A program made the position numbers and the translations under genes. Shown here in pieces: positions 49,636 through 61,830 of a stretch of DNA of 64,000 bases. The notes under the pieces are model-generated. The model did no database searches, was not told the origin of the DNA, and saw only the letters and a program-made list of their open reading frames with translations. The stretch's first letter is position 1. Each line of letters starts with the position of its first letter. Origin of the DNA: Octopus bimaculoides (lineage: Eukaryota). Where the stretch lies: contig NC_068981.1 of the NCBI RefSeq assembly GCF_001194135.2, positions 15,231,261 through 15,295,260 of the forward strand, given 5' to 3'.

Positions 49636-51459
49636 CGTGTGTGTAAGTAATTATGTGTCTCTACACACACACGCATACACACACACACCACATACACACA
49701 TATTCGTGTATGTATGCATGTATTAGACGGTGTTAATTGCAATTTACTTTCGACTGACTTCTGAGAGTTTAACAATCTTACAAATTTGTCTACCTTAATG
49801 GCTATATTAGAAGGCGTCATATTTAGATAATTTCATTTCGCTGACGGTTTCAACTTATTTAGTCACCTGATGTTCAATTTTTGAAGTTTTACAAAAGTGT
49901 TATTAATTTAAGTGTACCTGTACTTCATTATTTTACACTAATAATTTGCAGTCACACAGAACTCTTTGCATCTGAAAATGAACTTGCATTAAAATTAGAT
50001 GACAAACTAGTCGTGTCACGTTTTGAACATACTGTATTTTTTAAAGCGTTGCTATCATTAATTGATAATATCTTCCCAACATTTTGCAATTTTCTATGTT
50101 ACTTATATTTAATACGCAACTATCAGTGAGAAAGTATATATATATATTTGCATTGAGAATCACTTCTCATCGCCAACCGGTGGTTGTCACACGCAGATGA
50201 CAGGTCAATACCCAGAAACTCGGGTCCATGTGTATCACATGCTGGAGATGGGAATGATGACTTCCCTTTGCAAATACTGGTAAGGCACAGATAGTGTGTC
50301 AATAGACAACTGGAAGAGATGTCTTCCAGAGCTACAACCTACAGTAGAATCGACCCTTAAAGTTTAGCCACATTTAGGTGACAAATATACTTCACGATGT
50401 CGTGCTGCTACTGTTTGTACTTCGCTCAGAGATATATTATTACAACTATCAGTATTTGACATGTATAAATGTCTATGATATCTTGTAAACATATTCAAGC
50501 ATCATGATCAGCGTATTCACCAGAGCAGATTCTCAGGCTGACATAAATATGTCAAATCTCACCACCAGCTGAATGTTTTATTTATAGACGGCATGAAATG
50601 GGATTTATTTTAATTGTTGTCACATGTCATTGGCTGGAAGTAATCACTGCACTGGAAGCTAACAGAACAATAGTAGTTGTTGCACGTATGTGGTATATGG
50701 CATTTTAGACGTGATTAACCTGTATTTTAACTGCGTCTTCTTACTACATCAATCGGTCTGTTCTTCCTCTTCGAATTCGCTACTGGGCGATTTTAAGAAA
50801 GTTTGGTTTCTACTTTTTAAACGGTATGTTTTCGTGCGGCAAGTGGAGCCTATCAACAGCTCTGCAATTATTTCTAGTTGAAGTGGATATAATACAATGA
50901 AGGTGAGAAGGTTGGAACTATTTTAAGCATCTGTATAATACACTATGTCATTAAATATCGATAATAAGTTTGAATATATTGGTCGAGATATTGGTTGCTT
51001 TCGACTAATGTATTACAACTCTATAACCCCATCCATTACGCCCTTAAACTAACCCCCATGCTCTTTATTCTTCACCTCTTTCTCAACATTATTTTGGAGT
51101 TTAAAATACGCCGGTCTCAACTTTGCGTTTCATCATTTAGGCGTTGAATAAATAAAGTACTTATCAAGTGGACAAGAACCATCATATCTTCCAGCTCCTT
51201 CGTTTTCAACCTAAATTAGAAACAATCATTGAAAAGCGATATACTTGCTCAGTTGGTAGGAAAATAACCTGCAGTATTTCTTCAAACACCACCGAGTTCG
51301 ACTTGGCTTTCCATGACCAGTATTAAACAATATCACACAAGGGTGATGCATTTAGCTAGCTTTTACTCTTGTGCTCACAATGTGAACAGTTCATAGTGTA
51401 GCTTACAGTAATATGTATGACTTAGTCGGCATAGTATCGCAGATAATTGTCGGTCATTG

Positions 51460-52667
51460 TAGGTAGCTTGATAAGTTTTTTTCGGATTGTCAATGATGTT
51501 ACTTAGCAACTTGTAATCTCCCTGTTATATCATAAATTTTATAGAACATGACGTCTAATCGTGGCTGAACTGTGCATTCTCTATTTCATATCTAACATAA
51601 ACATCGATTATTTATCGTTTTTTTTTCTATTTAAGGCTTTGATAAATGGTGAAAACATTGCAAAAACTTAATGATGTGGAAGGTCAAAGAACTGTTAAAG
51701 ATCGTGTGTTACTTCTTCAGACATTTCAAGGAAGTTGACACCAGCCTCGAAGGCAAACCAAAGTCATGGAGACCTTCTATTGTGGAAAAGGAGGTCTTGC
51801 TTAATGTGGTTGAACAAGAGTCAAGCGCAAGCACTCGTACGTTTTCATCAGAACTTGGTCTTTCAAAAATCACCAGCACTCCATAAACCCATAAGCTCGG
51901 CACTGTGAACAGATACTCTCGAGAAGTTCTCATTCAACTAACTAATGATCAGGCTCAATTATATGTGAATATCTGTAGGTAACTGCTGGTCAATCCCTGA
52001 AATGTCAGTTGCGGCCGTCGAATTTTAACTGAGGAGGGAACAAGGAACAGTTTTCAGAAACCTAATGACAGAAACCATTGCTTACGTTCTGGTCAGGCTT
52101 CAGAACCTGTCGTCAAACAACAGAGGTTTGAACAGAATATCATGTGTTTTTAGTGGAATTACGTGGGGGTTTTTACTCTTTGAGTTTGTCCCACTTGGTC
52201 ATTACGTGAACGCTAACGTTTCTGCTCAATAAATGCAGTGGGTATACGATTATTCTAATGCCCGCTATGTGTCATTGGTCAATTGAAGACACACACTCCT
52301 AAATCATGAAAATTCTTAGATAGACAATTCCAGTGTCACCGAGTGCAAACTTGAGGAAGATGAGGGGCTGAAGTGCTGCTTCACCTTGCCTACATTCCAT
52401 ACATTTTACAATCAGATTCCAACATTTTCCAAGCCGTGACTCATTTTCTGCACTGACGGAAGTTCAACACTATCGATGAAATTGCACACAAGTGCAAGTA
52501 CTTTTGGCCTCTTAAATGAGCGCAGTGTTACAACCGTGGAATTAAGAGTTTCTGACACAACGATGGCAACAGACAATAGAATATGATGGGATGTATTTTT
52601 GCATATGTAAATTATTTGAAAAATTAATCAAAACATGAAATGCGAAAACACTTTTGACATAGCCTCT
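51460..52667 (+). mobile_element. Mariner-family DNA transposon, near full length (~1.2 kb), inactivated
   Basis: FKEVDTSLEGKPKSWRPS...VEQESSASTRTFSSELG (cf. SLEDxPRSGRP), EVLIQLT (VPHxLT), HLAYIP..QSDSNIFQAVTHFL..RKF (HPxYSPDLAPSD..LF); degenerate TIR-like ends (aagtttttttcgga versus the reverse complement of tgcgaaaacactt). Confidence 0.85.
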
Positions 52668-53443
52668 TATGCTATTTAATTTCCTTAAATTCCGAGTTCA
52701 TAAGCAACCAAAGCTATCTTTGCTTTCCACTCTTCGAGGTTGTTAAAAGGTTCTGCGTAAGTATTTGAGTAAAAGTAACCATCGTGTATGTATGGTAGAC
52801 ATAATTATGAGGGTATGACTTGGTAGACCCGCATGACTATTGGACAAAATATTATGCGACAATCAGTCACGCCTATTAAAGTTGTGATTTTGAATGCCAC
52901 TAGGTGCTTCCTGGCCTATCAAATATTCTGGTCTTGTTGAAATATGTACTTATCAAGTACTGCATTTCAATATCATACAGTATTGCTACATCACTCATTT
53001 CCTTCCATGTGCGCATGTAGGAAATCAATATTTCTACCTCGCATCATCACAATATTCATGAGTTAATCACTCGTCTACTTATATACTTCCTACAAATTGA
53101 TTTGCAACTAACTACTAATTTTCCATTCTACATTGCAACGATCTTCTTGTTCTTTTATGTCCGTCTATTTATTCTCGCATTACACCTGAAACTCTTTGGA
53201 AAACAACTCCAAACCATATCTTACCAACTCTGAAGTAATATCAATGCTAGCTTAGAAAACACCATGTGTCAGGTGATTCTGAATTAAAATATCATCTAGC
53301 TTTTGTATTTAACTATCTGCGAGTGACGGTTTTCTACACATAATCCATTGAAGATTCTAAGTGTAGTAAAATGGCTTTCAACGTTTACTTGTCTTGAACA
53401 CAGGCTTTCATGCAATATAAGTTAGCTGGAACATGGGAACATC

Positions 53444-53452
53444 ATAACTTTT

Positions 53453-53527
<75 letters not shown>

Positions 53528-53550
53528 ATGCTGCTGATGCTACCACTACT
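53444..53550 (+). repeat. Compound trinucleotide microsatellite (ACT)n-(GCT)n
   Basis: Direct reading of the sequence. Confidence 0.95.
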
Positions 53551-54721
53551 GCATACGAAATTTGTTCTTGTGTCGAATATGCCGTTCGAGTGTCGGTTTG
53601 TTGATCCACAACGAATTCACTAATTCATATTTGTGACGCCGATATGTTACCGAAAAAGACATCACAACAAAAGATTCTCCTTCGTTTCATTTAATTTATT
53701 TGGAAGGTCTCATTCTGGAGGTGGCTTCGCTTTTCATTTCTCCGATGTTCATGTACGTTCACTAATATTTCCCCTATCTAACTCTGTCGAATATACCCAT
53801 CACCTTACAATGCCTCATATTTTGCAAAGACAAAAGAAAGTAATGTTAATACACATTAAATAATCATCATTTCAAAAATATTATCTCTCGGTACAATAGG
53901 TTCCTATATATTTGTCTGTATAAGACAGAGATAATAATGTTTGTGACAGCTTTCGAAATACAATTGATTTTATTAATTATATTTTATCCTTAATGTTTCT
54001 GCAAAATATCGATTTAGGTTATTAATTTTGAAAATGATGCACATTTTAGCTAGATGACAACAAAATGATTGGCAAACGGGAGCCATCTTCTTTAAAAAAA
54101 ATATTGCGTAAACAAAACAAGAGAAATAGGCATTGATGTTGGGTTTTAATATGAAGAGAGGTTTTAGAGACAAGGAATGCATTGTCTCTTGTTTCACTTT
54201 GTTATCACCAAACAATTGTTTTCTCTTAGGAAAGGAATAGAATAACGTTTCATAGAGAGAATAAACGAAAATGAACGTCTTCCCTGTGAAAAATATTAAG
54301 TAGATTTTCAGCGTTTCTAACGAGCAAAACGGAATCATATCAAATTTAGAAACAACCTCTTCTGCACTTCCTAGGCAACATACTTCAGTGAACTTCATAT
54401 ATATACTTCGTATATAAAGCCTGACCTTAACGTAATGTCCATATCAGAAATAAATATCAACAAGAAAATTGTATGGTGTCCAGGCCCTGTTATTTTCTAA
54501 AATTATGTGTAAGGATTCGTCGCTGCACTACCATTTCCTGCATAACAATCTATTAAACCCATTTCATTCACATTTCTATAATTTGCATTCATTATGAAAA
54601 TGAATGACATTCATGTGTCCACATATATGACATTATCATATGACCGCATACTGAATAACGATTTAGTAAATTCCGGGCTTCCTATAAACACATACACGTA
54701 AATATGAAAGTGTGTGCGCGT

Positions 54722-54762
<41 letters not shown>

Positions 54763-56305
54763 TTGAATGTGTCTATATGCATTGATGTACATTAAAAAGA
54801 AAGGAGGAAAACTGTTAACCTATTCTTCTCTTTATCTTTTTCACTTAGAATTTGGGAATAGCAGAACCTTCTGCAATTCTGATGCTATGTATACAACGCC
54901 ACAATCAAAAAATTTCTTTTTAGCTTCGTTAGTTTGTCTTTAGAAGACGGTAAATCAATAACACCATGGTCTTTCAATTTACAAAATAAATAAAAGTAAC
55001 AGTTGAAAAAGGTAGCTGAATATTAACAAGTATCCAAGAATCGAAGTTGTGCGTAATCGAAACTGTGTGTATTCATTATACAGTTTCAGCCATGTTCAAC
55101 ATCTAAAATTTTGAGGCATTAGTGAAAATCACACAATAAACTATAATAATTAAGGGAAAATTTGGTTTCCTTTACTGACAAAGCAACGCACTGTGGTAAG
55201 ATACCCATTCAGAAGAACTATGTAATGATTCAGTCAGAGTCTTTTCGTTCAGAACCATGTTTACACCTTGTCTGAAATTTACACTATGATTCTCAATAGA
55301 GTTAAACTAATAGGCTTGCAGATTTGACCAATGCTAGCATTGCGATTTATTATTCTATTGTTATAAATCAGCGACCATTCAAATTCTGGGTGCAATGTAT
55401 ATAGATCCATGATGCTAAAGACCAACTGAATGTATAGAAACCTTTGAAATTGTCATAAAAACAAGCTGCATTAGTCGCATACACGGACATAAGGATTCAA
55501 ATCTATATAATTTAAATATAAAAAGTCTATAGTTGTAAATAAAAAAAATCTCTCTGCAATAAATTCGTTAGCTGGCACTGGTGGAGTTGGGGAACAAATA
55601 GAATATATAACGTATTTATGACTGCTCTTTCCAAACATTTTTGATAATGTACTGATTATTGTTTCATATGCATAGTTTGCATTGAAAATACACTCTAGCA
55701 TACGGGTGACAATGTAATCCCATTTCGAAAAGGGATTTGCAATTGTACACCTTGTAACGAATGACTCCAGCAGTATTCGAAGCGCAAGGTATCGAGTCTA
55801 TTTTCCTTAGGCTACTTAGGTTATCTATGAAGAATTTTATCCAAACCTCCATGAATGATGTTGTTTGCTTGCAAATAATTATTATCTAACCAAACATTCT
55901 TAAAGTTTCAAAGCTAGTTCTATAGGCATATAGTAATCGAATATATTCCAATATATCGAGCTAGGTTGGAGAAAAGTAATTATTATGCGACTCGCTACAC
56001 AACATATATGTTAAAAAATAAGTAAAGAATATTTTGTACAGCGCTCTATTAGTTCTGCTATCTCATCATTGTAAAACCATAAGATGTTTGTAAATTGGAA
56101 AGATATACATCAAGAATAATCTCAAGATTTTTCTAAGAGGAGGGAAATCAGTTTTGAAACAGATAACATCTCGATATCTATAGATCATTGTGTCAGTAAT
56201 ACAGGCTTTATTATACTTACGTATAAAAACTCATTTTTCACTTTCGAATGAAAATTCAAAGCAATTTTTGTGGTAAAATACAGAAGGGAATGTAATACAA
56301 AACAT

Positions 56306-56728
56306 TAACTGCAAAATTTGCGCATTTTGGCTTGCTAGAAAACACATTACCATAAAATGCTACACCCTTACACTTCATCTCATTAAGCAGAGCATTATAT
56401 ATGTATTATCGATGAATTTGGCTTTCAAGGAAAAAATATCGATTCAAAATGGATACTTGATCTGCATGTAACATTATTAGAGTATCTTTGAAAACACTTT
56501 ATTACATACTACAATTCACTAGACGTCGTTCTCTTTTTTTATAAAAATAAAAGTAATAAGAAAATTTCACTTTGCACATTGTCTCCCTCTCTGTCTGTCT
56601 TTCTCTCTTTCTCTGTTTCAGTGGAGATATCCATGAAACTAATTATTTACGTAACCAATTAAATAATTCACCTGTGTTTATATATTTATTGAATCTTTGA
56701 AATATAACTGCAAAATTTGCGCATTTTG
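56306..56728 (+). repeat. Perfect 24-bp direct repeat (56306-56329 and 56705-56728) containing a near-palindrome
   Basis: taactgcaaaatttgcgcattttg twice; CAAAAT-ttgcgc-ATTTTG is self-complementary. Confidence 0.9.
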
Positions 56729-57394
56729 TCTAAGAAGTGTATATTTCTAAAATGTGTGGACAATTTCATATTTTTCCCTAGAAATATTACCAGCAATACA
56801 CGTCAGCTTATCCCGAGATACTTAGTCTTTACTTTTGTCAATTCGGCTCTGTTAAATATGCATTTTAGTATGAATGATTTCTAATTATAATGTGGTCATT
56901 AATCCTTAGTACATCTCTTTGATAAACGAACTTATTCAAATATCCTCTTTCCTAGATATATGTGATGTTCTGCAAAACGAAAATAAAATCAATATCTTGA
57001 TATTATGTAAATCTATATTCAAGGAAAACATAATTTATCTACATTTTCTAATGCTGGAATTAAAGTTAATTTTAGAACTTAGAAGCTTAACAGTTTCAAT
57101 TACAATAATCAATATATTTTCTACTTGCTTGAGTACTACACATGATAAAACACGAATGAAAGCATTTCAGCTTTTGTTTTCTCTTTCAAAAGATTTAGTT
57201 CAACATTTGGGGTTAAACATGCGTTAGAGTCGATAAAATATTGGGTTATGATGCATTGTGGTACGACACCTCAGAAGTGATGTGCAACGAATGCTATGAA
57301 AATCAAACAACGTTGAATTTACTTTGAATTTCAAGTATGAAATAATGATATTTAATGTAAACTCTGGGAAGATAGTTTATTTGTTAACATCATA

Positions 57395-57500
57395 TGTAGT
57401 ACATCATTTACTAAAGATTAGTATATATTATATTAGATAGATCATTTGTTACCCTCATTTGTAGTGCATCATTTACTAAAGATTAAGCTATATTATATTA
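57395..57500 (+). repeat. Local ~41-bp duplication
   Basis: tgtagt(a/g)catcatttactaaagatta...tatattatatta at 57395 and 57460. Confidence 0.85.
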
Positions 57501-57509
57501 CTGGTATTC

Positions 57510-58225
57510 TATGCGAGGCTCCCTACGGAGGCCGACAGGTTATGTGCATTGGAAACACTGATTAGATCACTCATGCGCAGCTAACTGTCGGATATGTCAA
57601 TATCCCAAACACGAAAAATGTTGGTGACCTTTTTTAATGGGTTTATAACTAAATCCCTTACACTATTTTATTGAACTATGTAGGAGTGGCAGAAGTTACT
57701 AGAATATTAGGCGCTGGTCAAAGGAAGAAAAGAGCAAATGAGGAAATGGAGACGAGAAAATAATGTGACACTGGGGTACAAATATACGAAGTCCAGTATA
57801 CTCACCATGACTACCCGTTTGCAAGGAGTACAACAAGCAAATGTTGCCCATACCACTCAAATGGTCTATGAACAAGCTTCGTTTAACGATGATAAAAGAA
57901 TGAACCACGTTTCCAGAGATGAGTTATTCAAACCCGAAAGAATTTCTCTGAACATATGACCATGATGCTCCCCCAACATCATTCCTACTCTTGATCAGAA
58001 ATGCACATATCATCAGCCAGTAAGGAAATGCTCAGCTGGTTAAGGTTAAGCAACTGACAAGCAAATCTGTGGTATTGAGCAGAATATTTGCTGTAGCCTG
58101 TCTTTTACATCAACATGGAAACACTTCTAATGAGCTACGAACAGAAGCCATGAGAGCCACTGCTTGGTATTGCATAAATTCATTATTATTATTATTGTTC
58201 ATTATCATCATCATCATCATCATCA

Positions 58226-58316
<91 letters not shown>

Positions 58317-58317
58317 A
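57510..58317 (+). mobile_element. 3' part of an interspersed (probably non-LTR retrotransposon) repeat, copy 2, with (ATT)/(ATC)/(GTC) tail
   Basis: Aligns to the reverse complement of 450-1020; the 5' part gives HAQLTVGY (cf. LAQLRxGY at LINE C-termini, weak); long trinucleotide tail 58184-58317. Confidence 0.7.
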
Positions 58318-59558
58318 GTGGTGTTCATTGCTAAAATCGAACCTCAGTGCCCTTCTGCAGAACCAATTATTTGTTCACATATTTTACGTGTACGCTTTCT
58401 CTTTGTTCACCCTACCTGAAGCGCAGTAGAATGATGACTATACCAACAACACCGGTATTCATGGTTCTGAGCCTGTGTTAGAAATATTTAAAAAACAAAA
58501 ACAGAATTTTATTACATTATATTCACGTTTGACTATATGCGAAATAATGTATGAGAGCAATTTAAAATTAAACTGAATTTTTATTCACTACTTTTTAGAA
58601 GAATAGATATCAAATATTAGAAACAAAAGCTAAACAGTGACTTTGAAACTTACTTAGCATCCGCACGCATCCGATGACGTAAACAATCCGAATCAACTGT
58701 TTTCTTGTAAATATATAAGAGGATTACATCAATATCTTCACAACTTTATAAATTCTTTACTTTACATTTACAGAGCAAAGAGCTTTCCATTGTTTTGTAG
58801 TAGAGTGTGAGACAAAATATAGATTAACATTATGAACAAAATATCAATGGTGTGTGTTTGCAATTTTTGCTAGTGTGTTTTAAATATGCAACATAGATTA
58901 AATTCCTATAATACTCAGCTATCATTGCCGTCTTACATATTGTCTTCTGTCCTACAGTAGTTGCTTACTACTACAAATGTTTTGTTTGTAAAGTCGTGTA
59001 TTCAATATTATAAAATATTCAAAATAATTAGACTGAAGTCATCCTTCGCAGGATATTTAATTAAGAACACTTTTATAATTCAGCATGACCGATAGAAGAT
59101 CCAATGTCCAGTTTTATGACCGTGAAACTTGATAGACATTCTAAGTAATAGTAACATGAAATTTCATTTTGTCGCTCACAGTATCTCAGATTGAGGAGAT
59201 ATATTCATTTATAATATTAAGGTTGTACAGTGAAAGATATTCAGTCCTCTCATTATCTTCCTCCTAACGAAGCTGTTAAATCAATGCTAGGTTTAAAGAT
59301 TAGCTTCATGCTTGTTTCTATGACAACATATATCAGTATATATTAACTGATGTTGGTAGTTCAAAATGATCAAATAGATAAGATGGTATTTATTCCATGC
59401 CTAATTTACCAGATGAAATAATAATAAACATTTGCATATCAGCGTTTATATTCATTGATATATATTTGTACACGCATTCACTTAAGTTCACGCACAAGCT
59501 TACACGTCTATATAAACACATATTTGCACACAAATATATATATGAGTGTGTGTGAGAG

Positions 59559-59613
<55 letters not shown>

Positions 59614-60027
59614 ATGCGTTTATATGTGAGAACTCTCCATCGTGGTTTATTACCTCCTCATCGCTCCGCACACACACACACGCATATATATCTATATGTA
59701 TATACATATATATAGAGAGAGACAACGAGAATAGATGGTGAGAAAGAGAGAGAGACGGATAGATAGATTGATACGTATGTACGTATGGATGTATGTATGT
59801 GTAAGTATATATATAAATATATATATATCGTAAACTATAATTGCGAACTAAATGTGACGGTCTCACAGAGGACGATGTTACTGTTGTTTTTAGCCGCAAG
59901 AGAAGATCTCTTCCAGCTAGCTAGCAACACACTGTCTGTATCCGCTAAGTATTTGCTTGGGGAAATCATCGTTCCCATCTCTAGCTACACACAGACAGAG
60001 ATACACCTCTAGATATATCTCTAGATA

Positions 60028-60071
60028 CACATAGACCCAGGTTTCTGGTTGGTAACCCTTTTCAGTGTGTG
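60028..60071 (-). ncRNA. Minimal type I hammerhead ribozyme-like motif (near-canonical)
   Basis: Minus strand: cacaca CTGAAAA gGGTT acc AACCa GAAAC ctgg GTC tatgtg; stem I 5/6 pairs, stem II GGTT/AACC, GUC cleavage triplet; G8->A and one stem II mismatch. Confidence 0.5.
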
Positions 60072-60183
60072 ATAATCACGAGCTAGTGATGAAAACTCAC
60101 TCCACATGCAAAATACTATATGAAAACTGTCGTTGGTCCCGAAAAAGGAGAAAAAAGCAATATGAAGTCTCTGAGCGAGAAGT

Positions 60184-60272
<89 letters not shown>

Positions 60273-60286
60273 TACACACATACACG

Positions 60287-60328
<42 letters not shown>

Positions 60329-60339
60329 TCTCGAACATA

Positions 60340-61830
60340 GGGAGTAGATTATATAGAGACGACGCTTTGTTTACAATATAAGGTATAAATAGAAAGATAA
60401 AAGAAAAAAATATATTTCTTAAAGACTTTAGGCTGGAAACTGTAATAGAAACGAATCACAGAGTGGTAAATTTCCTAGATGGCAAACTTAGCCTCACCGA
60501 TGGGAGGTTCAAACCGTTCCATCAGCCAAATGGTCCAACCTTCCGGAATATATACTGAAAAGCATCCCGAGAAGCGTGTGTAATAGAATATCCAGACTAT
60601 CCGCTGATGAAAGGATATTCGATATGCATGCCGAAGATTACAACTCAGCACTACCTGGTGCGGTATATAATGATAGAATAGTATATAGACAGAATAAGGC
60701 AGAGAAGGCACGATGCCCAGAAACCATTATGATCATATAAATAACGTCCAAATACCAGAACCTAGAACCTAGAACCCAGAAGCTAGAAACACAGTCAATA
60801 CAACAGGAACCAAATTGGAAATCAAAAACGATGATACTAAGTGGTTCAGATTTAAAACAAAACCCACGAAACAGCAACCAAAGTTAAGCAGAAAAGCACC
60901 GTTGAAGGCCGATACTAACAACGATAGTAATAACGGTAATAAAGCAGTAGAAGCAGAGGAAACAAAATACACGAGCAATCCCAAGAGATATATTGAAAGA
61001 AATGGGAAAATAAGCGATGTAATTATTTGGTTTAACCCAATCTTCGATTGAAAAGTATAATCCAGATTACGTTAAGTAATTCCCAGTTTCTTCCAAATAT
61101 CACAAAATAATCAACAGGCATAATGTAAAATTAGTATAAGCGACCTTTCTCAATATAGAATACCACATAATATAATCTAAATAATATAACACTAAACAGA
61201 ATAAAACAGAAGATGAAATACGAAGCAACGGCGGCTAATAGCACTGTATACGACGATGGAATGGTTGCGAATAGGGTAATGAAATGTCATCAGTAGCGAA
61301 AATAGACCCAAACAACAAAACACAGTTGAAAGTTCAACCCATACATAAGGGAAATGAGTATAGTATACAGGAGAAAGAAGCGAACGGACCACTAGTAGTA
61401 ACTCCACAGAAAGAACGGGAAAAAAATATCAAATGTGAGTTGAGGCAGTTACACAGGTATACGTTTACATTGGTGGTAGCGGACACGCTGTAAAAAAATA
61501 CTGTGTGAACTTCTTATCTCATTTTCCAATATAAATAAAAGGCACACCACATCACTATCGAACATCGTCTGGAGGCTCAATAAAAATATACTGGACCATA
61601 CGACCCACTGGTTAATTATAAAAACGCTGCACAATACAACGGTACATCACAGATATACAACTTATACCTAGAAGAAACTCTGGAGATTAGTTATCACATC
61701 CAAGGAAGACGTGATGAATAGACACTCGGAGGTGATCATATCATGTAAACATAACAGAATAGCGACTGCGATCTTAAGAAGTGATCTTCTAGCATATTGA
61801 CAGACCGGTTATTGGTCAATCTTATATGCA
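60340..61830 (+). mobile_element. Penelope-like retroelement, 5'-truncated RT + linker + GIY-YIG, decayed
   Basis: LYRDDAL (60349), VVNFLD, ILKSIPRSVCNRISRLSADERIFD, VIIWFNP, KYHKIINRHNVKL, TTSLSNIVWRL, MNRHSEVIISCKH: the diagnostic PLE motif order. Confidence 0.88.
61792..61829 (+). ncRNA. Decayed hammerhead-like fold just 3' of the Penelope ORF
   Basis: GCATA ttgaca GACC ggttatt GGTC aatc tta TATGC: stems I and II are perfect, core segments are degraded. Confidence 0.3.

Noticed and set aside
50197-50830. Two exon-like segments with strong donors (CTG|gtaagg and ACG|gtatgt)
   Set aside because: Their open frames are not phase-compatible and the peptides are unrecognisable; unresolved without RNA data.
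53410-53604. Poly-T/poly-A ORF, or poly-Q on the minus strand
   Set aside because: This is a compound microsatellite, and the CAG frame is bounded by TAG stops.
53973-54398. 141-aa minus-strand ORF
   Set aside because: F/L/K/I-rich composition typical of AT-rich non-coding DNA; no motif or splice support.
55560-55790. LAGTGGVGE and PNIFDN resembling Ras/Rho motifs on the plus strand
   Set aside because: It lacks the P-loop lysine and DTAG, the motif spacing is wrong and there are several stops.
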